This document shows, one piece after another, positions 33,373-44,103 of a DNA stretch of 64,000 nucleotides (position 1 is its first letter; every line of letters starts with the position of its first letter). The stretch spans positions 60,494 to 124,493 of the forward strand of contig CAWFPX010000010.1 in the NCBI GenBank assembly GCA_963817765.1. Direction: 5' to 3'. The position numbers and the translations under genes were made by a program. The stretch comes from an uncultured Thermoleophilia bacterium. GTDB taxonomy: Bacteria; Actinomycetota; Thermoleophilia; Gaiellales; Gaiellaceae. Under the pieces are notes generated by a model. The model was not told where the DNA came from and searched no databases. It saw only the letters and a list, made by a program, of their open reading frames with translations.

Positions 33373-36038
33373 ATGCAGCGGATGACCCCAACGGTTGCCT
33401 CTCAGCTCCCGGTCGCTCCGGCTGAAGATGTTCTGCTGAAGGACGGCTCGACCCTGCGCCTGCGTCCGCCGCATCCCGGCGATGAAGCCGCGCTGATCGC
33501 CTTCTTCGAAGCCCTCTCGCCGGACAGCCGGTACCTGCGCTTCCACGGGACCCGCCTGATCGACCGCAACACGGTCGAGGGCGCGCTCGAGACCGACTGG
33601 CATTCCCGGGGCTCACTGCTCGCGGAGCTGGTCGGCCCGGATGGGGAGCTTCGCCCGGTCGCGCTCGCGACCTACGTCCGCCTGCGCGATCCGGCGCGCG
33701 CCGAGGTTGCGTTCGCCGTCGCCGACGATCTGCACGGCCGCGGGATCGCGACGCGGCTGCTCGAGCGCCTGGCGGTCCACGCGTCGGCGGCTGGCGATCC
33801 AGAAATTCGTCGCCGAGGTGCTTCCGCAGAACACTGCGATGCTGCGCGTGTTCGACGACGCCGGGTTCGCGACGTCGCGGGTGCTCCAGGACGGCGTCAT
33901 CGAGGTGCTGCTCTCGCTCGGCGGCGGCCGCGACTTCGAGCGCCGGCGCGACGAGCGCGACCACCTCGGGGTCACCGCGTCGCTGAGGCCGTTCTTCAGT
34001 CCGGCCTCGGTCGCCGTGATCGGAGCCTCAGCCCGGCGCGGCACGATCGGTGGCGAGCTCTTCCGGAACGTGCTCCAGGCGGACTTCACCGGCGCCGCGT
34101 ATCCCGTGAACCGCGGAGCCGAACCGGTCGGCGGCGTCGGCGGCTACGCCTCGATCGCCGACGTTCCGGCGCCCGTCGACCTCGCGGTGATCTGTGTTCC
34201 GGGCGAGCGCGTGCTCGACGCGGTGCAGGGCGCGCTCACGGCCGGCGTGAAGGCGATCTGCGTGATCTCCGCGGGCTTCGCCGAGATCGGGTGCGGAGGG
34301 AGCGCGTGCGCCAGGACGAGTTGCTGGCACTCGTGCGCGCCCACGGCGCGCGCCTGATCGGGCCGAACTGCCTCGGGATCGCCGCCACCGGCCCGCGTCT
34401 GAACGCGACGTTCGCGCGGCGCGCGGTTCCGCCGGGACGTGCCGCGTTTTCCTCGCAGAGCGGCGCGCTCGGCCTCGCGCTCCTCGAGGCTGCCGACGGA
34501 CGTGGCCTCGGCCTCTCCTCCTTCGTCTCGATCGGCAACAAGGCCGACGTCTCGTCCAACGACCTGCTCGAGTACTGGGAGGACGACGAGGCGACCGACG
34601 TGATCCTGCTCTATCTCGAGTCGTTCGGGAACCCGCGCAAGTTCGCGCGCGTCGCCGGACGGGTCGCGCGCTCCAAGCCGATCCTCGCCATGCGCAGCGG
34701 CACGAGCCGCGCCGGCGCGCGGGCGGCGAGCTCGCACACGGCGGCTCTCGCCGGCTCCGACGGCGCCGTCGAAGCGCTCTTCTGGCAGGCGGGCGTCATC
34801 CGCGCCCGCACGCTCGAGGAGCTGCTCGACACCGCAGTGCTCCTCTCGTCGCAGCCGCTGCCGGCCGGCAACCGCGTCGCCGTGCTCACGAACGCCGGCG
34901 GGCTCGGCATTCTCTGCGCGGATGCCTGCGACGCTGCCGGGCTCGAGTTGCCGCCACTGGCCGCGGAGACCCAGGAGAAGCTGCGGCTCTCGACACCGGT
35001 CGAGGCCAGCCTTTCGAATCCGGTCGATCTGCTCGGCTCGGCGACCGCGGCAGCCTACGAGGCGGCGCTGCCGGCGTTGCTCGCCGACCCCGGCATCGAC
35101 GCGGTGATCGCGCTCTTCGTCCCGCCGGTCGTCGCGACCGCGGACGATGTCTCGGCTGCGATCGCGCGCGCGTCCGTCGGCTCGGACAAGCCGGTGCTCC
35201 CCGTTGTGATGAGTGCGGACGGAACCTCGGGCGGCGGCTACGCCTATCCGGAGTCGGCGGCGCGTGCGCTCGGGCTCGTCGCGCGCCGCGCCGCGTGGCT
35301 GCGCCGGCCCGCGGGCGAGATCCCGCAGCTCGACGACATCGATCGCGACGCGGCGCGCGGCTGTCGTCAACGGCTCGCTTGCCACGTCGGACGACTGCTG
35401 GCTCGAGCCGGCCGCCGCGCGTGAGCTTCTGAGTGCCTACGGGCTCCCGATCGTCGAGGAGCGCTACGCGGAGACCGTGCCGCGAGGCGGTCGCTGCAGC
35501 CGACGAGCTCGGCTACCCGGTCGTCGTGAAGACAGCCGTTGCCGGCGCGCACAAGACCGAATCGGGCGGCGTGGTCGTCGACCTGCGCGACGCCCAGAGC
35601 GTGACGGCAGCGGTCGAGCGGATCGGCGGTCCGGTGATCGTCCAACCGCACGTTCAGGGCGGCGTCGAGCTGCTCGCGGGCGTGATCCAGGACCCTGTCT
35701 TTGGGCCGCTCGTCGCGTTCGGAGCGGGCGGAGTCCTGGCCGAGCTGATCGGCTCTGCGCGCCTCGCCCTCGCACCCCTCACAGACATCGATGCCGACGA
35801 GCTCGTCTCCAGCGGAAAGGCCGGCCGCCTCGTCGCAGGCTGGCGCGGAGCCGCTCCGGCAGACAAGGTCGCGCTGACCGACGTCGTGCACCGGCTCGCA
35901 CGCCTCGCCGAGGATCATCCCGAGATCGCCGAGCTCGACCTGAACCCGGTGATCGCCGACGAGCACGGGTGCGTGGCGGTCGACGCCAGGGTTCGCGTGC
36001 GCAGGCCGGACGGCCTGCAGCAGCCGAAGACCTGGTAG
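33373..36038 (+). pseudogene. GNAT acetyltransferase fused to ADP-forming acyl-CoA synthetase; at least 4 frame breaks
   Basis: GNAT (AFAVADDLHGRGIATRLLERL), CoA-binding domain (VAVIGASARRGTIGG; GPNCLGI), ATP-grasp C-terminus (GYPVVVKTAVAGAHKTESGGV). RBS GAAGGAGGA. Confidence 0.75.
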
Positions 36039-36083
36039 CCAAAACTTCGTTACCCGCGCGACGCCGATCGTGTGTTTTCAGGC

Positions 36084-37499
36084 TCAGGACGCGTCGGTTG
36101 TGACGCGGGCGACGCCCGCGGCACGTGCCGCGTCGGCGACCGCGGCGGCGACGTTTGGCGCGACGCTCCGGTCGAAGACACTCGGAACGACGTAGTCGGG
36201 GGCAAGATCTGCCGGCGCGATCGTGCTTGCGAGGGCGTGCGCGGCGGCGATCTCCATCTCAGCCGTGATCTCGCGCGCCCCTGCGTCGAGGGCGCCGCGG
36301 AAGACACCGGGGAACGCGAGCAGGTTGTTGATCTGATTCGGGTAGTCGGAGCGGCCCGTTGCGATCACCGTCGCGAGAGGCTCGATCTCCTCCGGGTCGA
36401 CCTCCGAACGCGGGTTGGCGAGAGTGAAGACGATCGCTCCGGGTGCCATCCGTGCGATGCCCGCGGCCGTCACGGCGCCGGGCACGGACAGCCCGATGAA
36501 GACGTCGGCGCCTGCGAGCAGCGCGTCGGCGGTCCCCTGCTCGTTCGCCGGGTTCGTCAGCGCCGCATACTCGCGCTTGGCGTCGGTGAGCCCATCACGG
36601 CCGCGATAGATCGCGCCGTCCTCGTCGCAGCCGATGATCTGGCGCGCGCCCGCGCCGAGCAGGATCTTCGTGACAGCGGTTCCGGCAGCGCCGCAGCCGG
36701 TCGTGACGATGCGGGCATCGGCGAGCGACTTGCCGACGACGCGAAGGGCGTTCAGCGCTGCGGCAAGGACGACGATCGCGGTGCCGTGCTGATCGTCGTG
36801 GAAGACCGGGATGTCCAGCTCCTCGCGCAGGCGCGCTTCGATCTCGAAACAGCGCGGTGCCGAGATGTCTTCCAGGTTGATTCCGCCGAAGCCGGGCGCG
36901 ATCGCGCGGACCGCGGCGACGATCTCGTTCACGTCCTGGGTTGCGAGGCAGATCGGGAAGGCATCGACGCCGCCGAATTCCTTGAAGAGCATTGCCTTGC
37001 CCTCCATCACCGGGAGGGCCGCCTCGGGGCCGATGTTGCCGAGCCCGAGGACCGCCGACCCGTCGGTGACCACGGCCACCATGTGCTGCTTCGTGGTCAG
37101 CGTCCAGACCTTGGCGGGGTCGTCGGCGATTGCCTGGCAGATGCGCGCGACGCCGGGCGTGTATGCCATCGAGAGATCGTCGCGGGTCTTGAGCGGCACC
37201 TTGGGCACCACCTCGATCTTGCCGCGGAGGTGCATGAGAAAGGTCCGGTCGGAGGCGTGGACTACATCGATCCCGTCGACCTGGCGGATCGCGCCGACGA
37301 TGCGATCGAGCTCGGCGATGTCGGTGGCAAGGATGGTGATGTCTCGCACCTTGGTCGTTCGCTCGACGCGTACGAGGTCGATCGCCCCGAGCGATCCGCC
37401 GTTGTCGCCGATCGCAGCGGCCAGCCGGGCGAAGGATCCGGGCTGGTCTGCGAGGCGCACGCGCACGGTCGCGCTGAACGAGGCCGAAGGATGAGCCAT
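36084..37499 (-). CDS. NAD(P)-dependent malic enzyme with N-terminal ACT-like domain
   Basis: DLSMAYTPGVA, TDGSAVLGLGNIGP, FHDDQHGTA and GCGAAG. Intact 471 aa. Confidence 0.85.
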   Translation of the reverse strand: MAHPSASFSATVRVRLADQPGSFARLAAAIGDNGGSLGAIDLVRVERTTKVRDITILATDIAELDRIVGAIRQVDGIDVVHASDRTFLMHLRGKIEVVPKVPLKTRDDLSMAYTPGVARICQAIADDPAKVWTLTTKQHMVAVVTDGSAVLGLGNIGPEAALPVMEGKAMLFKEFGGVDAFPICLATQDVNEIVAAVRAIAPGFGGINLEDISAPRCFEIEARLREELDIPVFHDDQHGTAIVVLAAALNALRVVGKSLADARIVTTGCGAAGTAVTKILLGAGARQIIGCDEDGAIYRGRDGLTDAKREYAALTNPANEQGTADALLAGADVFIGLSVPGAVTAAGIARMAPGAIVFTLANPRSEVDPEEIEPLATVIATGRSDYPNQINNLLAFPGVFRGALDAGAREITAEMEIAAAHALASTIAPADLAPDYVVPSVFDRSVAPNVAAAVADAARAAGVARVTTDAS

Positions 37500-37524
37500 G
37501 AACCAACGGTAGGCGCGACTCGTC

Positions 37525-37546
37525 CGGCCGGCATCCGTGCCGGCCG
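37525..37546 (-). terminator. 9-bp hairpin after USP
   Basis: cggccggca-tccg-tgccggccg. Confidence 0.45.
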
Positions 37547-37574
37547 AGCGGCACGTGCGGAAAACTACGCTGCG

Positions 37575-38045
37575 CTAGCCGATGAAGCTCGCGTTCAGCG
37601 CTCCCACCGGCTCGAAGACGTGCTCGGGAGCGGCCGGCACGATGATTACAGGGACGTGCGAGTAGTGGATGAGCTCGGCGGAGACGCTGCCGGCAATCGC
37701 CCGCTGGAGACCGCCGAAGCCGCGCGTACCACAGACGATCGCGTCGACGCGAAGCTCGTCGGCCGTCCGAACGATCGTACGCGGCGTCGCGCGCTGTGTC
37801 GTCTCGACGAGCAATTCGGCGTCGACCCCTTCGGCGTTCAATTCCTCGACCTGGGTGCGGATCTTTGCCGTCCGCTCGGCCTCGTCGGCGAGCAGAGGTG
37901 CCCCGCCGACACAGGCGCCGCTGGAGCGCTGGTCGCAATGGAAGGCCACGATCCGTCCGCCGGGCTGGAGGAGCCTCTTGGCCTCGGCGAGTGCGAGATC
38001 GGCGGTCGCCGATCCATCGGTCGCCCACAGAAGTGTCGCGTACAT
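37575..38045 (-). CDS. universal stress protein (paralogue of 23586..24056)
   Basis: MYATLLWATDGS..GTRGFGGLQRAIAGSVSAELIHYSHVPVIIV. Start is Met68 of ORF 37575..38246. Confidence 0.85.
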   Translation of the reverse strand: MYATLLWATDGSATADLALAEAKRLLQPGGRIVAFHCDQRSSGACVGGAPLLADEAERTAKIRTQVEELNAEGVDAELLVETTQRATPRTIVRTADELRVDAIVCGTRGFGGLQRAIAGSVSAELIHYSHVPVIIVPAAPEHVFEPVGALNASFIG

Positions 38046-38160
38046 GGCGACTCCTTTCGGTTGCCTCCATTGTTGCGCGCCGAGGAGCCGGCCGCGTCCG
38101 TACGAACCCGGATCGCCCTGCCTCGATCTACGGCGCCCTCGAAGTGCCTGGCGGACCGGT

Positions 38161-38661
38161 CTAACGCACGCGCAGAGCGGAGGCCGCGATCGTGCCGAGA
38201 CCGACCCCGGAGAACTGGGTCGCCGGGAGCGTGCTCGACGCAGCAAGTCTCACTTGGCGGCCGCCCGGGCCGGTGACGCAGCGCCAGGCCATCTGGGTGT
38301 TGTCGAGCTGCGCGTAGTACACCTTGTTGCCTGACAGCTGGTAGCTCCGTTGTTTGCCGTCGGCGCAGGGAGCCGCGTACCTGATCGCGGTGAAGACGAT
38401 CTTCCGCTTCGGAGTCTGCGCGAAAGTGATCGAGACTCTGGTCGGCGAGGCCTGGTAGCCGACGTATCTGAAGCTCGGCGCGGCGATCCGCGTTGGCACG
38501 TAGGCAAGGAGAGGGGAGCGCTTGGCGATCAGGTGCTGCACGAACGTCGGCACCAGCGAGGTCTTCGCAGAGGTGGTGGCAGCCGTGGCTGTCCCGGCGA
38601 GGGTGAGCACGGCGGCGGCGACCGTGCCGATCAGGGCTCCAGTGACGGGTCCAGTGCGCAT
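38161..38661 (-). CDS. secreted hypothetical protein
   Basis: Signal peptide (GALIGTVAAAVLTLAGTATA). No recognisable domain. Confidence 0.5.
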   Translation of the reverse strand: MRTGPVTGALIGTVAAAVLTLAGTATAATTSAKTSLVPTFVQHLIAKRSPLLAYVPTRIAAPSFRYVGYQASPTRVSITFAQTPKRKIVFTAIRYAAPCADGKQRSYQLSGNKVYYAQLDNTQMAWRCVTGPGGRQVRLAASSTLPATQFSGVGLGTIAASALRVR

Positions 38662-38864
38662 CTGAGATCAGATTCAGCCCGACACGGATGTGGGGGCCGT
38701 GTTGCAGGCGTAAACATTTCGTGGAAGCGGCGCCGGCCGGCGTACGCGTCGCGACCCGACCGGTGAACAGGCTGAGGGCGGGGGACTCTGCGAAGATTCA
38801 AGAACTGTTTGGAGTCCAGCGGCAAACTGTCTCTCGACGCTGGGGGCCTGACGAGGAGGTACGA

Positions 38865-39497
38865 GTGAAGATTGGAATCATCGGGGCAGGCAACATCGGC
38901 GCCACCCTCACACGACGGCTTACGGCTCTCGGTCATCAGGTCGCAGTCGCAAACTCTCGCGGCCCAGAGACGCTGCGCGAACTGGCGACGCAGACCGGCG
39001 CGACTGCGGTAGCCGCCGGCGAGGTAGCCAACGGAGCGGACCTCGTGATCGTTACCGTCCCGCAGAAAGCAATACCGCTCCTTCCCGAGGGGATCTTCGA
39101 CAGCGCTGCCGCGGCAGCGCCAATCGTCGATACCGGAAATTACTACCCGGCGCGCGATGGGCGCATCGAGCCGATCGAGAGTGGCATGGCTGAGAGCCGC
39201 TGGGTGAGCGAACAACTCGGGCGCCCGGTGGTGAAGGCGTTCAACAATATCCGTGCCCAACACCTCCTCGAACGCGGAAAGCCTGTCGGCTCGCCTGGTC
39301 GGATTGCCCTGCCCGTTGCGGGCGACGACCCGCTCGCCAAGCGCGCCGTCATGGAACTCGTCGACGCGCTCGGGTTCGATCCGATCGACGCCGGGACGAT
39401 CGATGAGTCCTGGCGTCAACAGCCGGGCAAGCCTGTGTACGCGGCCGATCTCGACGCAGCAGGCGTACGGCGAGCGCTTGACGAAGCAGAGCCATGA
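38865..39497 (+). CDS. NADP oxidoreductase, coenzyme-F420-dependent family
   Basis: VKIGIIGAGNIGATL Rossmann start. GTG at 38865 preceded by GAGGAGG. Confidence 0.6.
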   Translation: MKIGIIGAGNIGATLTRRLTALGHQVAVANSRGPETLRELATQTGATAVAAGEVANGADLVIVTVPQKAIPLLPEGIFDSAAAAAPIVDTGNYYPARDGRIEPIESGMAESRWVSEQLGRPVVKAFNNIRAQHLLERGKPVGSPGRIALPVAGDDPLAKRAVMELVDALGFDPIDAGTIDESWRQQPGKPVYAADLDAAGVRRALDEAEP

Positions 39498-39553
39498 ACG
39501 GCCAGAGAACTTCCGGGCCTGAACCAGGAGGCCGGACGGCGGCGGCATGTGGG

Positions 39554-40267
39554 CTAGCGTGCCGTCCAGCCGAGATCAATCGGCACCGGTACGCCGGTGA
39601 TGCCGCGTCCGGCTGGGCTGAGAAGGAACGACACCACCTCCGCGACCTCTGAAGGCTCGAGCAGTCGTTTCACCGCCTGACGTTCGAGTAAGACATCCTC
39701 GAGAACTTTGGCTTCGTCCAGTCCGTGTGCGTGCGCTTGTGCTGAGATCTGTGCCTGGACGAGGGGCGTCCGGACATACGCGGGGCAGACCGCCGTCGCG
39801 CTGATACCCACTTCAGCTCCTTCGAGCGCAAGTGTCTTCACGAGCCCGAGGACTCCGTGTTTCGCTGAGACATAGCCGGCCTTGAACGGTGAGGCGGAAA
39901 GCGCATGTGCGGACGCGATCACGCAGATGCGACCATCACCCGTCGCCGCGAGAGCATCCCAGGCGTAGCGTGCGAGCAGGAACGGTGACGTCAGGAGCAA
40001 CGCGATGAGCTTGTCCCATTGCTCTTCTGGGAAGTCGCGAACCGGCGCGACGTGCTGGAAACCGGCGTTGGGCACCACCGCGTCCAGCCGTCCAAAACGA
40101 TCGATCGCGTCTGCGACGACGCGTCTGTTTCCTTCGCGCGTCGTCAGGTCGCCTTCGTCGAGATCGACAGCGTGAACTACCCAGCCTTCGGTTTCGAGGC
40201 GCGCGACGATCGCCGCGCCGATGCCGCCTGTTGCGCCTGTGACGAGCGCGGCGCGCTGCACGGTCAT
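39554..40267 (-). CDS. short-chain dehydrogenase/reductase
   Basis: TGATGGIGAAI, NAG and YVSAKHG. Confidence 0.8.
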   Translation of the reverse strand: MTVQRAALVTGATGGIGAAIVARLETEGWVVHAVDLDEGDLTTREGNRRVVADAIDRFGRLDAVVPNAGFQHVAPVRDFPEEQWDKLIALLLTSPFLLARYAWDALAATGDGRICVIASAHALSASPFKAGYVSAKHGVLGLVKTLALEGAEVGISATAVCPAYVRTPLVQAQISAQAHAHGLDEAKVLEDVLLERQAVKRLLEPSEVAEVVSFLLSPAGRGITGVPVPIDLGWTAR

Positions 40268-40331
40268 GTGGGTTGATGGATGGGGACGTCTCTCGCTTGC
40301 ACCGACTCGTTGCCCGCGAAGTCGTGGTTCT

Positions 40332-41327
40332 TCATGCGATCATCCCCCACCGCATGATGGTGGCCGCCCACGTGTAACCGGTTCCCGCCGAGAGCAGAAG
40401 CACAGCGTCTCCGTCGCTGATGCGGCCGGTGCGGACTGCCCGGTCGAGGCCGAGCAGTGGATCGACGCCGCTCATGTGGCCCGTATCGTCGAGGTACACG
40501 GCTTGATCTTCCCGCATTCCGAGTTCGGCGAGGAGTGCCTCGAACATCGAGCGCTTGGTGTGCAAGGGGCAGACGAAGGCGACGTCGGCCAGAGTGAGGC
40601 CGGAGCGCTCGGCGGCGCCCCGCGCTGCGCCGACGAAGTTCGGGAGGGATTCCTGGTCGAGTTCGCCCTTCATCTCCGCGGGGTCCTGCACGTCGAGGAA
40701 TCGGTAACCGTCTGGATCGACCGAGCCACCGCTGGCGATCTTCACCTGCAGAGAGTATGCGCCGTTCGTGATCGCGTGTGAGCCGAGCACCTCGTTGCGC
40801 GTGGCGTCGCCGACGAGCAGTCCAGCGATGGCCCCGTCCCCGAAGTTGAACATGAATCGTGAGTTCTCGTTCGTGTAGTCGAGCAGGTAGGACTCGCGAC
40901 ATGCAGCCACGACGAGGACCGTGTCGAGTTCCTGCTTCTGCGCGCAGGAGGTCGCGCGCGACCGCAGCGCAATCGGCGTGCCGTGCGAGACGTTGTCGTA
41001 CTCGACCGCGAACGCGTTCGTCGCACCGACGCGGTAGGCGACGTGAGGGGCCGCCTGCCAGACGGCGTGGTCGCGCCACATCGAGCCGTAGTACATGACG
41101 ACGTCGATGTCCTTCGGATCGAAGCCGGTCTCGTCGAGCAGTCGTTCGACGGCGCGCACCGAGAGGTCGCTCACGTGCTCGTCGGCGGCGGCGATGTGTT
41201 TGCCGCGCAGTCCGAACTTCTCGATGATCACGTGCTCCGGAATGCCGGAGCGATCCGCGACCTCCGCAGCGGTCATCCACCGCTCCGGCAGATACGAAGC
41301 GGTCGCAACCAGGCCGACCCGCCTCAC
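40332..41327 (-). CDS. KASIII (FabH)-like protein lacking the catalytic Cys
   Basis: FabH-like length and layout, but YDNVSHGTP sits where A-C-S-G-F is expected. CPLHTKRS and DDTGHMSG occupy the His and Asn positions. Confidence 0.55.
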   Translation of the reverse strand: MRRVGLVATASYLPERWMTAAEVADRSGIPEHVIIEKFGLRGKHIAAADEHVSDLSVRAVERLLDETGFDPKDIDVVMYYGSMWRDHAVWQAAPHVAYRVGATNAFAVEYDNVSHGTPIALRSRATSCAQKQELDTVLVVAACRESYLLDYTNENSRFMFNFGDGAIAGLLVGDATRNEVLGSHAITNGAYSLQVKIASGGSVDPDGYRFLDVQDPAEMKGELDQESLPNFVGAARGAAERSGLTLADVAFVCPLHTKRSMFEALLAELGMREDQAVYLDDTGHMSGVDPLLGLDRAVRTGRISDGDAVLLLSAGTGYTWAATIMRWGMIA

Positions 41328-41936
41328 TCCTTGGCCTCGAGGATGCAGCGAACGATTCGCGCGAGCTCATCGGACACGCGACCCGGCATTGGGGCACCGT
41401 CGCCCCAGAGGATCCAGCGCATGCCGACCAGCTCGCCGAGCCCCATGAGGGCATAGGCGGTGACCTCGGCGTCGATCTGACCGATCTCGCCGGACTCCAT
41501 CGCCTTCTCGAGAGCAGTCACGTATCCCTCGGCGACGCGGTCGTAGTGGTAGCGGAGCATCTCGGGTGCGACGAACTCGGATTGCCGGATGATCCGGTAG
41601 AGCGCCGGGTGCTCCGCGGTGAACCGGAAGTACGCCTGGAAGCCGAGCAGCTCCGACTCGATCCGAGTCGTCCCACTGCGGCTCCTTCACTCATCGCATG
41701 ACGGATGCGACGGTTCAGGTCACGCATCAGCGCGACGAAGATCGCCTTCTTCGAATCGAAGTAGAGGTAAAAGGTGCCGGTTGCGACGCCCGCGGCCTCG
41801 GCCACTTTGACGATCGAGGCGTCCGGATATCCAAGCTCTCCGAACACAGCTTCGGCTGCGTCGAGCAACCGGCGCCGGGTGTCGAGACCCCGCGCGAGAG
41901 TGGGCGGCCATCGACGGTCGTCACGACATCTGTCAC
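41324..41936 (-). pseudogene. TetR-family regulator; 2 frame breaks
   Basis: HTH ASIVKVAEAAGVATGTFYLYFDSKKAIF (ORF 41518..41868). C-terminal ligand domain in ORF 41324..41560. The GTG at 41936 overlaps the upstream stop (GTGA). Confidence 0.75.
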
Positions 41937-43355
41937 GCGAGCACCCTCAGTTCGGACTTTTGGATTTTGCCCATCGAGTTGCGTGGAAGCTCGTCGACGA
42001 ACCTGAACGACTTCGGCACTTTGAATCGCGCGAGCTGCTCGAGCAGTGTCCGCGCAGCTCGCGCTCGGACACCGGGGCGTCGACGACCACGAACGCAGCG
42101 CAGACCTCGCCCCAGCTCTCGTCGGCGACTCCGATCACGGCAGCGTCTGTTACCGCAGGATGCTCGTGTAGCACCGCTTCAATCTCGGCCGGGTAGACGT
42201 TCTCGCCGCCGGAGACGACCATGTCCTTGAGCCGGCCGCGGATGCGGTAGTTGCCTTCGTCGTCGCGCTCGGCCATGTCGCCGGTGAGCAGCCAGCCGTC
42301 GCGAAAGGCGTTCGCAGTGGCTTCGTCGTCGCGCCAGTATCCTGGGAACACGTTCGGGCCGCGCACAAGTAGCTCACCGTCGGCCGACAGATCACAAGCG
42401 ACATACGGGATAGGGCTTGCCCGCGTAACCCGCCTTACGCCGCGCATCCTCTGGCGGCAGGCAGAGCACGTTCGGCGCCGCCTCAGTGAGCCCGTAGCCC
42501 TGCACGATCTCGACGCCCCGTCCGGCCCACACGTCGAGCAGTGCGACCGGCATCGGTGCTCCGCCGACGACGGCGAGTCGCAAAGAGCTGAGGTCTGCGT
42601 CTGCGAATCGCGGCTCCTGCGACATGAAGAGGTAGTTCGCCGGAACGCCCATCAGCGAGGTGATTCGCTCGCGTTCGATTCGCTCGAGCGCCCGCGCCGG
42701 GTCGAAGCCGCGCTCGAGCACGAGCTTGTGCGCCCTTCCACCACGCAAGGATCGACTGCACGTTCCAGCCCGCCGCAGTGAAACTGCGGGAGCACCTGCA
42801 GGACGACGTCCTCGGGCCTGATCCCGGTCGCGAGGTCGAAGGAGAGACTGGTCCAGAAGCAGTTCGCATGCGTGAGCAGCGCGCCCTTCGGCTTCCCGGT
42901 CGTGCCTGAGGTGTAGATCAGGAGCAAGGGATCTTCGTCGAAGGCACCTGTGCCTGGGTCGCTCCGCGAGCCGGTCTCCACGGCCAAGGCGGGCTGCACC
43001 TGCGCGAGCTCGAGCGCAGCCTCTCCGAGCTCGCGGTATTCGTCTTCGATCAGGAAGAGCGGCGGGCTCGGCGTCGTCGAACTGGAAGGCGATCTCGGCC
43101 GGGGCGAGCCGCCACGAGATCGGGTGCAGGATCGCACCCGCCTTCGCGCACGCGAACATGAGCGCAACGTGCTCGCCGGAGTTGCCGGTGAGCGTCGAGA
43201 CGCGATCCCCGTGCGAGAGGCCACGCGCCAGCTCGTCAGATCGCGCGTCGAGCTCGGCGTAGCGTCCAGGTGCGCCCGGGCTCGTCGATCGCGATCCGGT
43301 CGGGCGTGATCCGGGCGCGGTCGCGGATGATCTTGTCGATGGTGTGCTGGTTCAT
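41933..43355 (-). pseudogene. acyl-CoA synthetase (AMP-forming, FadD-like); about 4-5 frame breaks
   Basis: LLLIYTSGTTGKPKGALLTH, GYGLTE, LLTGDMAERDDEGNYRIRGRLKD and PRNSMGKIQK, recovered across ORFs 42652.., 42392.., 41947.. and an unlisted frame. Confidence 0.75.
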
Positions 43356-44103
43356 GGAGGAACTCGGTGATGATCCTGACGCACTCGTCCGGCTCCTCCC
43401 AGAAGAACAGGTGACCGCGCCTTCGAGCAGCTCGACGCGAGCAGCCCGGGATTCGGGCCGCGAGCACCTCCGCGTTGCGGTAGTCGACGACGTTGTCGGC
43501 GGTGCCGCCGAGGATCAGGGTCGGGGCGGCGATCTCGGCGTCGACCCCCTCGAAGCCCATTCCCGCGGCGGCCTGCGCTTGCCAGCCCGCCGGATCGGGC
43601 GGGTTCGCGACCCTCAACGCGAAGAGCTCGTCGACGAGCGCCACCGGTGGATCCTCGCCAAGCGCGTTCTCGACGAATCGCCGCAGCGCGACTTCCGGTG
43701 CGAGCGACGGCGCCTCCGCGAACAACCGCACGGTGACCTCGGGCATCGGCACCGTCGTCGGCCCCCCGCGCGTCGTGCAGGCGAGGACGAGCCTTTCGAC
43801 CCGCTCCGGCGCGGCAACGGCGAGCTCCTGCGCGATCATTCCACCGAGACTCGCCCCGAGCACGTGTGCGCGGTCGATGCCCGCCTCGTCCAGCACCTGG
43901 AGCGCATCGCCGGCCATCTGCGCGGCCGTGTACGGCCCTGCCGGCTTGTCGGACTCGCCGATACCCCGGTTGTCGAAACAGACGACCCGGTGGCTCGCTG
44001 CCAGGCCAGCCAGGATCGGCTCCCAGCCCCAACGCCCGTACCCGAGCCCCTGGATCAGAAGCAGCGGCGGGCCTTCCCCCGCGATTCCCACGCGATGCTT
44101 CAC
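43352..44103 (-). pseudogene. alpha/beta hydrolase; compensating frame breaks near 43400-43450; 3' end uncertain
   Basis: GTG at 44103 after GGAGGAGG. LLLIQGLGYG, GASLGGMIAQELA, GGTADNVV and GHLFFWEEPDE. Confidence 0.7.
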
